Shown here: positions 40,562 through 49,896 of the stretch, piece after piece
Layout of the letters: each line of letters begins with the position of its first letter
How positions within the stretch are numbered: position 1 is the first letter of the stretch
Assembly (NCBI GenBank): GCA_050174015.1
Contig: JBFXKG010000001.1
Coordinates: 224,404-288,403, forward strand
From: Candidatus Krumholzibacteriia bacterium
GTDB lineage: Bacteria > Krumholzibacteriota > Krumholzibacteriia > LZORAL124-64-63
Direction of reading: 5' to 3'
DNA length: 64,000 nucleotides
The notes under the pieces: generated by a model
Database searches by the model: none
Told to the model about the DNA's origin: nothing
Seen by the model: the letters and a program-made list of their open reading frames with translations, nothing else
Position numbers and translations under genes: made by a program

Positions 40562-42640
40562 ATGCCGAAGACCGGATTCCCTCGCCTGACCCCGGCGCTC
40601 TGCCTGGTCGCGACCCTGTCCGCATCCTGGGCCCCGGCGGCCGACCGGCCGGTCATCACCCACGAGGTCACGGCCGAGTTCGACGTCGTCAACCACACCG
40701 TGCGCATCATCGACGAACTCATGGTCCCCGGGGGCCTTGACCATCTGCGGCTGGGACGTGGCTTCAACGTCGAGGCCATGTGGCGGGTGGACCACGAGAT
40801 GCTCGACCCCATCGTGGTGATCCGCGAAGCCGAGGACGAGGACGGGCCCTATCAGGAGCTGGCGACGCAGCCCATGGGCCTGTCGCGCAGCGGCGGTTAC
40901 CTGAAGCTGGTCTATTCCGGGAGGTTCTTCGAGTCCGTGGAGGACGTCGTCTTCTCGCGGGAGAACGTGGGCGGGGAGATCACCGCCACCATCGGCGACG
41001 AGGGCATCTACCTCTCCGCGGGCAGCGGCTGGCTGGCCGGCAGCCCCGACTGCCTGGCCGTCTTCGATCTCACCTTCGACACGCCGGCGGGATTCGAGAC
41101 CGTCACGCAGGGCGCCCGCATCCTGCATGCGGAGAAGGGCGGCCGCCTGACGACCCGCTGGGCGGCAACCCATCCCAGCGATGGGGCGAACCTCATCGCG
41201 AACCGTTTCGTGGTGCACGAGGACCCCATCCGGGATGATCTGGTGAGCTACACCTTCTTCCTCGAGGACGACGCCCCTCTGCGGGAGACCTACTTCGAGC
41301 GCACGCGGGCCTACCTCGCCATGTACGAGGAGATGATCGGACCCTACCCCTACGCCAAGTTCGCGACGGTGGAGAACTGGTTCCCCACCGGGTACGGCAT
41401 GCCCTCGTGGACCCTGCTAGGCGGCCAGGTGCTGCGCCTGCCCTTCATCCCCTACACCAGCTTCGGCCACGAGATCGCCCACAACTGGTGGGGCAACTCC
41501 GTGTTCGTCGACACCGACCAGGGCAACTGGTGCGAGGGGCTGACGGTCTGGTGCGCGGATTACCACTACAAGGAGCTGGAATCGCCCGAGGCCGCCCTGG
41601 ACTACCGGCGCAACGTCCTGAAGGATTACGCGGGCTACGTCCAGGACCCGGCCAAGGACTTCCCCCTCGGCGAATTCAAGAGCCGGCACAGCGGCGCCAC
41701 CCGCGCCGTCGGCTACGGCAAGAGCATGATGGTCTTCCACATGGTGGACCGCCTCATCGGGCGGGAAGCCTTCCTGGCGGCCCTGCGGCAGGTGGCCGCC
41801 GAGCACCAGTACCGGCCCGCCGCCTGGAGCGACTTCATGGCCGCTTTCGGCGCCCGTGGAGGGGTGGACCTCGGCGCTTTCGCCGATCAGTGGCTCCGCC
41901 GGACGGGTGCGCCCGAGCTGGCTTTGACGGACGTCGAATTCGGAAACGACGCGATTTCCTTCCGCCTGATCCAGGCCGGCGAGGTCTACGACCTGCAGGT
42001 TCCCGTGGTGGTGTCCGGGGAGACGGGTGAGCAGGAACACGTCCTGCATCTGAAGGACGCCTCCGCGGCGTTCACCCTGCCGGTCGCCGGTGGGCGGCGG
42101 CTGGCGGTGGACCCGGGGTGCGACCTGTTCCGGCGCCTGCATCCCGAGGAGATCGAGCCCACCCTGCGCCAGGTGCTGGGAGCGGAGGAGGTGGTGTTCT
42201 CCTCCGGGGCCGCCGACCCCGAACTGGCGGCCGCCGGCCGCCGGTTCGCCGAGGGATTCGCCGAGAGGACCGATGTCCCCTTCGAGACCGGGGGCGCGGT
42301 TCCGTCCACGGGTGATGCGGGTGTGGTCATCAATCCGGCGGGGGACGTCCTGAAGTCCCTCCTGCCCGCGGACCTGGTGGTGGCCGGCCAGACCGTCGTG
42401 CTCGGGGGCAAGCGGTACAGCCTGAAGGAATCCGACCTGGTCTTCGCCGCCGCCGATCCCGGCCGCCCGGACCGGACCGTTCTGGTGGTGCTGTGCGAGG
42501 CGCCGGCCCGGCTCGAGGGACTCGCGGGCCGCCTCGGCCATTACGGAAAATACAGCTGGCTGGTGCTGCCGGCAGGCCAGGGCCGGGTCGAACGGGGCAA
42601 CTGGAGCGTCGGCGACTCGCCCCTCGTCGCCCGTCGCTGA
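40562..42640 (+). CDS. Secreted M1 family aminopeptidase
   Basis: Signal peptide, IGPYPYAKF..VEN..PTGYGMP, HEIAHNWWGN...GNWCEGL (HExxH-18-E), and VGYGK..MVFHM. Confidence 0.9.
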   Translation: MPKTGFPRLTPALCLVATLSASWAPAADRPVITHEVTAEFDVVNHTVRIIDELMVPGGLDHLRLGRGFNVEAMWRVDHEMLDPIVVIREAEDEDGPYQELATQPMGLSRSGGYLKLVYSGRFFESVEDVVFSRENVGGEITATIGDEGIYLSAGSGWLAGSPDCLAVFDLTFDTPAGFETVTQGARILHAEKGGRLTTRWAATHPSDGANLIANRFVVHEDPIRDDLVSYTFFLEDDAPLRETYFERTRAYLAMYEEMIGPYPYAKFATVENWFPTGYGMPSWTLLGGQVLRLPFIPYTSFGHEIAHNWWGNSVFVDTDQGNWCEGLTVWCADYHYKELESPEAALDYRRNVLKDYAGYVQDPAKDFPLGEFKSRHSGATRAVGYGKSMMVFHMVDRLIGREAFLAALRQVAAEHQYRPAAWSDFMAAFGARGGVDLGAFADQWLRRTGAPELALTDVEFGNDAISFRLIQAGEVYDLQVPVVVSGETGEQEHVLHLKDASAAFTLPVAGGRRLAVDPGCDLFRRLHPEEIEPTLRQVLGAEEVVFSSGAADPELAAAGRRFAEGFAERTDVPFETGGAVPSTGDAGVVINPAGDVLKSLLPADLVVAGQTVVLGGKRYSLKESDLVFAAADPGRPDRTVLVVLCEAPARLEGLAGRLGHYGKYSWLVLPAGQGRVERGNWSVGDSPLVARR

Positions 42641-42773
42641 ACGGAAACGCGGATTCAATCTAAACATGCCGGGCCGCCCCGCGGATGTGATACAATGGGG
42701 CCGCCCGATCAGGACCATCGCATGCTATGAACCGACCGGCAACGAACCGGTTCAGGGGTTGCCCAGGACGCCC

Positions 42774-44579
42774 ATGACCAGACATCCCGCCAAGTCCCTC
42801 CTTAGACGGGCAGGACGTTCCCGCGTCCCCAGGACAGTGGGAGCCGTCCTTTTGCTGGCGGCGGTCCTCCCGCTCGCAGGGTGCGGGGACGACGATCCGA
42901 CGGTCATCCAGCCGGCCCCCGCCGGGGTCTGGACGGAGGCCCTTGTCCCCGACTACACCCACAGGGCGGTCTGGGGGATCTCCCCCTCCCATTTCTTCGT
43001 CGTCGGGGAGCGCGGCTCCATCCGCCGCTATCGGGACGGGGAATGGTCCAGCTGGCAGTTCAAGTACTTCTACAACATGCGGGGCGTCTGGGGCTCGGCT
43101 GCCGACGACGTCCTGGCCGTCGGCGAGGGCGGGACCTGCCAGCGTTTCGACGGGGCGGAGTGGACCCCCGAATTCGTGGGCACCTACGACGATCTGCTGG
43201 GCATCTGGGGCAGGGCGCCGGACGACGTGTTCGTCGTCGGGGTGGACGGGCTCATCCTCCACCATGACGGGTCCGGATGGCGGCGGATGGAAAGCGGCAC
43301 GGGGGCGACGCTCTACAGCGTCTGGGGTCTTCCCGGCGGTCCGGTCCTGGCGGCGGGACGAGACGGCGTCATCCTGCGCTACGATGGCGAGACCTGGTCG
43401 CCGATGGACAGCGGCACCACCAACGCCCTGGACTGCATCTGGGGCTACTCGGCCGCCGACGTGTATGCCGTCGGTTCGCTGGGGACCATCCTGCACTACG
43501 ACGGCGAGGCCTGGGCCGCCGAGGAATCCGGCACCAGCGAGCGTTTGTGGGCCGTCCGCGGCCTGCCCGGCGAGCCTCCCGTGGCGATCGGGTCCAACGG
43601 GGCCTACCTGACCCGCGGAGGGGAGGCATGGACCCCGGGGACCATCGCCGGCGGGGCCTACCTCTACGGGATGTGGGACGACAGCGACAGCGCCCTGCTG
43701 GTCGCCGGCTACAACGGTCTGGTGATGAAGCTCTCGGACCCCGCCTGGGAAATCCTCAACCAGGGTCGCACGCACTGGTTCGAGGGGGTGTTCGCCCCCG
43801 ATTGCGACCACGTCTTCGCGGTGGGCAAGGGCGGCGTCATCCTGCAGTCCAACGGGAACGGGTGGCAGGACATCGCCCCCGACCTGCCCGAAGTGGATTA
43901 CACGGACATCTGGGGCGTCAGCGCCGAGGAGTTCTTCGTCGTCGGCTCCGGCGGAGTCATCATCCGCTACCAGAACGGCCGGCCCTGGTCCATCTGGGAA
44001 CTGCAGTCCGGAGCGAACCTGGAAGGGATCTGGGGAGTCTCGCCCCAGGAGGTCTTCGCGGTGGGTTCGGGCGGGACCATCGTGCGTTTCGACGGCCGCA
44101 GCTGGGACGTCATGGAAAATCCGACTTCGATGTCCCTGGCCGCGATCCACGGATTCAGCCCCCTGGACATCTACGCCGTGGGCCTCGGGGGCACCATTCT
44201 CCATTTCGACGGCGTGGTCTGGGAACCGCAGGACGGCGGCACCGGAACCGCCCTCGAGGACGTCTGGTGCGACCCCTCGGGGCAGGTCTTCGCCGTGGGC
44301 ACCGACGGCCTGGTCATCAAGGGAATCCCGGATCGCTGGGGCGCCGACTGGACGCTTCAGCCGAGCGGAACGATATTCAGCCTGTTCGCCATCGCCGGCG
44401 ACCATCGCGGCGGCATCTACGCCGCCGGCTACAGCGGCGTGGTGATCCACTTCGACGGGACCGAATGGAACCTGGTGGACACCGGCCGTTACGATCGCCT
44501 CAACGCCCTCGCCGCCGACCCGTGCGGGACCATCCACACGGCGGGCCTGTGGGGGCTCATCCTTCGTTACGACCCCTGA
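42774..44579 (+). CDS. Beta-propeller lipoprotein (14 repeats of about 39 aa)
   Basis: Lipobox LAG-C followed by GDDD; 14 repeats of W...L.gvWG....vfAVG..G.Il.yDG. Confidence 0.88.
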   Translation: MTRHPAKSLLRRAGRSRVPRTVGAVLLLAAVLPLAGCGDDDPTVIQPAPAGVWTEALVPDYTHRAVWGISPSHFFVVGERGSIRRYRDGEWSSWQFKYFYNMRGVWGSAADDVLAVGEGGTCQRFDGAEWTPEFVGTYDDLLGIWGRAPDDVFVVGVDGLILHHDGSGWRRMESGTGATLYSVWGLPGGPVLAAGRDGVILRYDGETWSPMDSGTTNALDCIWGYSAADVYAVGSLGTILHYDGEAWAAEESGTSERLWAVRGLPGEPPVAIGSNGAYLTRGGEAWTPGTIAGGAYLYGMWDDSDSALLVAGYNGLVMKLSDPAWEILNQGRTHWFEGVFAPDCDHVFAVGKGGVILQSNGNGWQDIAPDLPEVDYTDIWGVSAEEFFVVGSGGVIIRYQNGRPWSIWELQSGANLEGIWGVSPQEVFAVGSGGTIVRFDGRSWDVMENPTSMSLAAIHGFSPLDIYAVGLGGTILHFDGVVWEPQDGGTGTALEDVWCDPSGQVFAVGTDGLVIKGIPDRWGADWTLQPSGTIFSLFAIAGDHRGGIYAAGYSGVVIHFDGTEWNLVDTGRYDRLNALAADPCGTIHTAGLWGLILRYDP

Positions 44580-44620
44580 CCCCCCGGCCTGCCGGCCGCC
44601 AAACCCTGCGAGGAGTGACC

Positions 44621-46078
44621 ATGGGCAAACTCGACAAGCTTCAGCCCGCCGCCGTCTGGAGGATCTTCGAACTGATGAACGGGGTGCCGCGCGGCTCCGG
44701 GAACGAGAAGGGCGTCATGAGGGCGCTGAAGGGCTGGGCCGACGGTCTGGGACTGGCCTGGAAGGAGGATGCCGTGGGCAACCTGCTGGTCTCCATCCCC
44801 GCCAGCAAGGGCGCCGAGAACGCCGCTCCCGTGCTCATCCAGGGCCACGTCGACATGGTCTGCGAGAAGAACGCGGCCACGAAGCACGACTTCCTCACCG
44901 ACCCCATCCGGATGAAGATCGAGGGCGACTGGGTGACCGCCGAGGGGACCACCCTGGGCGCCGACAACGCCATCGGGTGCGCCATGGGGTTGGCCCTGGC
45001 CGAGGAGACCTCGGTCGTGCACGGGCCCATCGAGGTCCTCTTGACCGTCGATGAGGAGCGCGGCCTGACCGGCGCCGCCGGCGTCGAGAAGGGGTTCTTC
45101 TCCGCCCGCCGCATGATCAACCTGGATTCCGAGGAGGACACGGCCATCTTCATCGGCTGCGCCGGCGGCCGGGACACCGAGTACGTGCTGAAGAACCGGA
45201 CCGCCCGTTCGCCCAAGGATTCGGCGGGCCGCCGGGTGGTCGTCTCGGGGCTCAAGGGCGGCCATTCCGGCCTGGACATCCACACCGGCCGCGGCAACGC
45301 CATCAAGATCCTGGGACGGTCCCTGCAGGCCGCCGCCGCGGTGATGGATCTGCGCCTGGTCGAATTCAACGGCGGCAGCATGCGCAACGCCATCCCCCGC
45401 GAGGCGGAGGCCAAGGTGGTCGTCGCCAAGGAGCAGGGCCGCCTGTTCAAGCAGACCATCGACGCCTGTCTGCAGAAGATCGCGGCCGAGGAACTGGCCG
45501 GGGTCGATGACGGGTTCGGCTGGCAGGTCTCGGCGGTCCAGGCGCCCCGGTGCTTCAGCCAGGCCAGCAGCGCGGCCGTCCTCGACCTGGTCGCCGCCAT
45601 CCCCAACGGAGTGCTGGCCATGAGCCGGGACATTGCCGGCCTGGTGGAATCCAGCAGCAACCTGGGGGTGGTCAAGACCGACGGCGCCCGGGTGCGGATG
45701 GTCTGCTGCAGCCGTTCCTCGGTCATGAGCGCGCTGGCCGGCATCGTCGAGCAGCACGCCGCCATCGGCCGCCTGGCCGGGGCGGACGTGACCCAGCCCG
45801 AGGGTTATCCCGGGTGGAAGCCCAACCTGCAGTCCGACCTGCTGGCGACCACGCGCAGGCAGTACGCCGAGGTCTTCGGCAGCGAGGCGGAATTGCTGGC
45901 CATCCATGCGGGTCTCGAGTGCGGACTGCTGACCGAGAAGTATCCGGACCTGGACATCGTGTCCTTCGGGCCCAACATCCGCGGGGCCCATTCCCCGGAC
46001 GAGAAGGTCCAGATCAGTTCGGTCCAGAAGATCTGGAAGCTGTTCGCCTCGGTGATCCAGGAACTGGCAAAAGCCTGA
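44621..46078 (+). CDS. pepD: Aminoacyl-histidine dipeptidase (M20C)
   Basis: GAGGAG RBS, QGHVDMVCEKN, TTLGADNAIG, TVDEE.GL.GA, INLDSEE, GLKGGHSG, IHAGLECG and HSPDE. Confidence 0.96.
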   Translation: MGKLDKLQPAAVWRIFELMNGVPRGSGNEKGVMRALKGWADGLGLAWKEDAVGNLLVSIPASKGAENAAPVLIQGHVDMVCEKNAATKHDFLTDPIRMKIEGDWVTAEGTTLGADNAIGCAMGLALAEETSVVHGPIEVLLTVDEERGLTGAAGVEKGFFSARRMINLDSEEDTAIFIGCAGGRDTEYVLKNRTARSPKDSAGRRVVVSGLKGGHSGLDIHTGRGNAIKILGRSLQAAAAVMDLRLVEFNGGSMRNAIPREAEAKVVVAKEQGRLFKQTIDACLQKIAAEELAGVDDGFGWQVSAVQAPRCFSQASSAAVLDLVAAIPNGVLAMSRDIAGLVESSSNLGVVKTDGARVRMVCCSRSSVMSALAGIVEQHAAIGRLAGADVTQPEGYPGWKPNLQSDLLATTRRQYAEVFGSEAELLAIHAGLECGLLTEKYPDLDIVSFGPNIRGAHSPDEKVQISSVQKIWKLFASVIQELAKA

Positions 46079-46101
46079 TTTCCGGGACCATTCCCCAAGA
46101 A

Positions 46102-46135
46102 ATCCGGCCCCCTCCCGAGGGGGTCGGGTTTTTTT
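46102..46135 (+). terminator. Intrinsic terminator of pepD
   Basis: ATCCGGCCCCCTC/GGGGGTCGGGT GC-rich stem followed by a T tract. Confidence 0.75.
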
Positions 46136-46300
46136 CCCCACCTGGCGGAATTGCCCACAAGTTATCCACAACCCCTCAGGAGAAGAACCGGACCACGGAG
46201 GCCCGATTTTCCGGTCTAACTCATTGATAGAAATATTGTTGTATAATTGTCAGACTTTTGTTTAATCGTGTCATGGAGGATACACCCCATGTTATCCCCC
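46132..46300. other. DnaA-box cluster with IHF site and AT-rich segment (oriC-like or DnaA-titration/regulatory site)
   Basis: Perfect TTATCCACA at 46162-46170. Degenerate boxes TTGCCCACA (46151), TTTTCCCCA (46132) and TTATCCCCC (46292). IHF consensus TATCAATGAGTTA on the minus strand at 46217-46229. AT-rich stretch at about 46217-46266. Confidence 0.5.
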
Positions 46301-46500
46301 GCCGGCGGGGGGAAGGTATTTCCGCCGGGAAATCAGGGGTTTGGGGCATTTCCCGGGTTGCCACGCCCGGTCCCCTGCACCATCATTCGGTGAATCTCGT
46401 TTCCTCCAGGAGGGACCAGTTTGCCAGGGCCCGGGGGGTCGGCCGGAGATTCGCCGCCGGCCGGATTCCCGGGACGGGCGCCAACAAGGCGGATGACTGC

Positions 46501-47733
46501 ATGGCCGAAACGCCGCGAATGGGAGAGGCGGGCAAGAGGGGCCCCGCCGTCCGGTCCGATTGCTGGATCGGAGTGGAGATCAGGAACTCCGGGGGGCTCC
46601 GGATCGATCTGCAGAGCAAGGTCGCCGGAATGTACGGAGACAGGATCGTTTCCCTGATGGAGGAGGGGTGCGAAGCCCTGGGGGTCGCCCACGTGACGGT
46701 CACGGTGGACGATCAGGGGGCCCTGCCCTTCACCCTGGCGGCGCGGCTCGAAACGGCCGTCCGCCGGGCCGGCCACGATCCCGCCTCACCCTTCCTGTTG
46801 CCCCTGAAGGAACACTGCACCTACGGCCCCAGGCCCGAGCGCCTGCGCCGCAGCCGCCTCTACCTGCCCGGGAACGAACCGAAGTTCACCATCAATGCCG
46901 GGTTGCACGGCCCCGACGGACTCATCCTGGACCTGGAGGATTCCGTGGCTCCGCCGGAGAAGGACGCCGCGCGCTGCCTCGTGCGCAACGCCCTGAGGGC
47001 GGTCGATTTCTACGGCAGCGAGCGCATGGTCCGCATCAACCAGGGGGAGCGGGGGCTCGAGGACCTGGATTGGATCGTCCCCCACAACGTGCACCTGGTC
47101 CTGGTTCCCAAGGTTGAGGACCCCGGGCAGGTCGTCGCGGTCGCCGACCGCATCGCCGCCATTTCCCGGGCCTGCGGGCGCAGCGAACCGGTCCTGCTCA
47201 TGCCGATCATCGAATCGGCCCTCGGCGCCTGGAAGGCCTACGAGATCGCCGCCTCCAGCGACGAGGTGGTCGCCCTGGCCATCGGTCTGGAGGACTACAC
47301 CGCCGACATCGGCACCCAGCGCACCCTGGAGGGCAAGGAGTCCTTCTGGGCCCGCTGCCAGGTGGTCAACGGGGCCAAGGCCGCGGGCGTCCAGCCCATC
47401 GACACCGTTTTCAGCGACGTCGACGACATGGATGGCCTGCGCGCCTCGGTGGTCGAGGCCAAGTCCCTGGGCTTCGTGGGCAAGGGGTGCATCCATCCCC
47501 GCCAGATCCAGGTCGTCCACGAGGCCATGGCCCCCGACGCCGCCGAGATCGACAAGGCCAAGCGGATCGTCCTGGCCTTCGAGGAGGCCGAGCGTCAGGG
47601 TCTGGGCGTGGTCAGCCTGGGCAGCAAGATGATCGACGCCCCGGTGGTCAAGCGGGCCCAGACCACCGTCGCCATGGCCCTGGAAATCGGGTTGCTGGAG
47701 GCCGACTGGCGCGAACCGGGATTCCGGGACTAG
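46501..47733 (+). CDS. citE: Citrate lyase ACP-like (CitD) domain fused to citryl-CoA lyase (CitE)
   Basis: N-terminus SDC...SKV..MYG..I...DDQGAL..TL.ARLETAVRRA is CitD-like. The remainder has CitE motifs RRSRLYLPGN, LILDLEDSV...EKDAAR, MVRIN, IIESALG, GLEDYTAD, GKGCIHPRQI and KMIDAPVV. Confidence 0.9.
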   Translation: MAETPRMGEAGKRGPAVRSDCWIGVEIRNSGGLRIDLQSKVAGMYGDRIVSLMEEGCEALGVAHVTVTVDDQGALPFTLAARLETAVRRAGHDPASPFLLPLKEHCTYGPRPERLRRSRLYLPGNEPKFTINAGLHGPDGLILDLEDSVAPPEKDAARCLVRNALRAVDFYGSERMVRINQGERGLEDLDWIVPHNVHLVLVPKVEDPGQVVAVADRIAAISRACGRSEPVLLMPIIESALGAWKAYEIAASSDEVVALAIGLEDYTADIGTQRTLEGKESFWARCQVVNGAKAAGVQPIDTVFSDVDDMDGLRASVVEAKSLGFVGKGCIHPRQIQVVHEAMAPDAAEIDKAKRIVLAFEEAERQGLGVVSLGSKMIDAPVVKRAQTTVAMALEIGLLEADWREPGFRD

Positions 47734-48189
47734 ATGGAACGCGTGGACCGGGCAGCCGGATATTTCGTCGACGGGTTCAATTGCGCCCAGTCCGTCCTGG
47801 CGGCTTTCGGTCCGGACTGCGGTCTGGACCGGGATTCGTGCCTGAGGGTGGCCGCCCCGTTCGGGGGAGGGGTTTCCCGCACCGACGGCATGTGCGGCGC
47901 CGCGACGGGGGCCATTCTCGCCCTGGGACTGGTCCTGGGCCACTGCGATCCCGACGACGAAGCGGGCCAGGACCGCATCCGCGCGTTGACGCGCAGTTTC
48001 CTGGCGCGGTTCGCCGCGCGCCTGGGAAGCACGAGGTGCACCGATATCCTGGGCTACGACCTCTCCCGGCCCGGTGTGGCCGAGATGGTCAAGGCCGAGG
48101 GACTGTCCCTGGAGCCCTGCCCGGCCGCCGTGAAGACGGCCGCGGAACTCCTGGTGGAAATGCTCGATGACGGCCCCACGGGGCCGTGA
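47734..48189 (+). CDS. C-GCAxxG-C-C family putative redox protein
   Basis: GFNCAQSV, PFGGG...GMCGAATG, STRC and EPC. Confidence 0.9.
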   Translation: MERVDRAAGYFVDGFNCAQSVLAAFGPDCGLDRDSCLRVAAPFGGGVSRTDGMCGAATGAILALGLVLGHCDPDDEAGQDRIRALTRSFLARFAARLGSTRCTDILGYDLSRPGVAEMVKAEGLSLEPCPAAVKTAAELLVEMLDDGPTGP

Positions 48190-48202
48190 AGGGGAGCCGA
48201 CG

Positions 48203-49759
48203 ATGACGAAGATGGTCCAGAACGCCGCCGGACGCCTGGTGCCCGCCGAGATCAACGGCCGGGCCGCGGTCCCCTTCCAGGGAGTCGGCGGGTACCGGCC
48301 GACCGGGCGCAAGGCCGCGCCGCCCATCCGCACCTGCAGCGACTACCCCTACGACGGGGACAAGACCACCGCCACCATCAGGGAGGCCCTGGAGAAGGCG
48401 GGCCTGCGCGACGGCATGACCATCTCCACGCATCACCACCTGCGAAACGGCGACTTCGTGGCCAACGCGGTGTTCGCCGCCGCCGCCGAGCTGGGCGTCA
48501 AGGACCTGCGCTGGTTCCCCAGCGCGAGCTTCCCGGTCCACGAGCCCCAGATCGCGCTGCTGGAGAGCGGGGTTCTCCATCACATCGAGGGCTCGATGAA
48601 CGGCCCCCTGGGGGACTACTGCACCCGGGGCAAGATGCGGGGCATGGCCGTCCTGCGCAGCCACGGCGGCCGTTACCAGGCCATCCAGGACGGCGAGGTG
48701 CACATCGACGTCGCCGTGATCGCCGCTCCCACCGCCGACCCCTTCGGGAACGCCACGGGCGACCGCGGGCCCACCGCCTGCGGCCTGCTGGGCTTCGCCC
48801 TGGGCGACAGCCAGTACGCCGACCACGTGATCGTCGTCACGGACAATCTGGTGCCGTTCCCCTGCATTCCCTGGCAGATCCAGGGGAACCACGTGGACCA
48901 GGTCGTGGTGATGGACTCGATCGGGGATGCGAGCAAGATCGTCTCGGGCACCACGCAGATCACCAAGTCGCCCGACCGTCTGCTCATCGCCGAGCTGACC
49001 GCCCGCTTCTGCGACGAGGCGGGCATCGTCCGGGACGGATTCAGCTTCCAGGCGGGCGCCGGAGGCACGGCTCTCAGCTTCGCCATCTACCTGCGCGACA
49101 TGATGCGTGAACGGAAGATCAAGGCCCGCTTCGTGCGCGGCGGTTCGACCCAGTACCTGGTGGACATGCTCGAGGAAGGGCTGACCGACTACATCCTCGA
49201 CGGCCAGACCTTCGACCTCGAGGGCGTGCGGTCCATGCGGGAGAATCCCGGCCACGTGAACACCTCGCCGTTCACCAGCTACAACTGGCACGGCAAGGGC
49301 AACTTCGCCAGCATGCTGGACGCGGTGGTCCTGGGCGCCACCGAGGTCGACGTGGACTTCAACGCCAACGTGGTGACCCACTCGGACGGCCGCCTGCTGC
49401 ACGGCATCGGCGGCTGGCAGAACTGCCTGTTCAGCAAGTGCACCATCCTGCCCGTCCCCAGCTTCCGCGACCGCATTCCCGTGCTGGTCGACAAGGTGAC
49501 CACCCTGTGCGGGCCGGGCGAGCTCATCGACGTGATCGTGACCGAGCGCGGCATCGCCATCAATCCCCTGCGGCGGGATCTCCTCGAGAAGCTGAAGGGA
49601 TCGAGCCTGCCCATCCGCCCGATCAGGGAGATCAAGGCCGAGGTGGAGGAGATCGTCGGCGGGCCGCCGGCGCCCCCGGAGTTCGGCGAGAAGGTCGTGG
49701 CGGCCATCAAGTGGGTGGATGGGACGGTGATCGACTCCGTGCGGCAGGTCGGCAGCTGA
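48203..49759 (+). CDS. citF: Citrate lyase alpha chain / citrate CoA-transferase
   Basis: GLRDGMTISTHHHLRNGD, LRSHGGR, HIDVA, FSFQAGAGG, LGATEVD..FNANV, IGGWQ, IVTERGIAINP and DGTVID.V. Confidence 0.95.
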   Translation: MTKMVQNAAGRLVPAEINGRAAVPFQGVGGYRPTGRKAAPPIRTCSDYPYDGDKTTATIREALEKAGLRDGMTISTHHHLRNGDFVANAVFAAAAELGVKDLRWFPSASFPVHEPQIALLESGVLHHIEGSMNGPLGDYCTRGKMRGMAVLRSHGGRYQAIQDGEVHIDVAVIAAPTADPFGNATGDRGPTACGLLGFALGDSQYADHVIVVTDNLVPFPCIPWQIQGNHVDQVVVMDSIGDASKIVSGTTQITKSPDRLLIAELTARFCDEAGIVRDGFSFQAGAGGTALSFAIYLRDMMRERKIKARFVRGGSTQYLVDMLEEGLTDYILDGQTFDLEGVRSMRENPGHVNTSPFTSYNWHGKGNFASMLDAVVLGATEVDVDFNANVVTHSDGRLLHGIGGWQNCLFSKCTILPVPSFRDRIPVLVDKVTTLCGPGELIDVIVTERGIAINPLRRDLLEKLKGSSLPIRPIREIKAEVEEIVGGPPAPPEFGEKVVAAIKWVDGTVIDSVRQVGS

Positions 49760-49896
49760 TCTCAACCTCCGTGTCGCTCAGCGCAAGGCCCGGCCCCTTC
49801 GGGAGCCGGGCCTTGCTGGTCGCTGCGCTCCCACTCGCTCCCCGGAGGTTGAGATCAGCTGCCGGCCCACTTCACGCGGTCGATCACCGGCCCATC
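49718..49896. repeat. 54-bp imperfect inverted repeat comprising the citF 3' end and its inverted copy, enclosing a UUCG hairpin
   Basis: Arms at 49718-49771 and 49843-49896 match at 46/54 positions by hand alignment, with the inner 22 bp perfect. An internal hairpin lies at 49783-49816. Confidence 0.85.

Noticed and set aside
49783..49816. Hairpin after citF as an intrinsic terminator
   Set aside because: There is no U tract on either strand, so it is treated as part of the larger fold-back structure.
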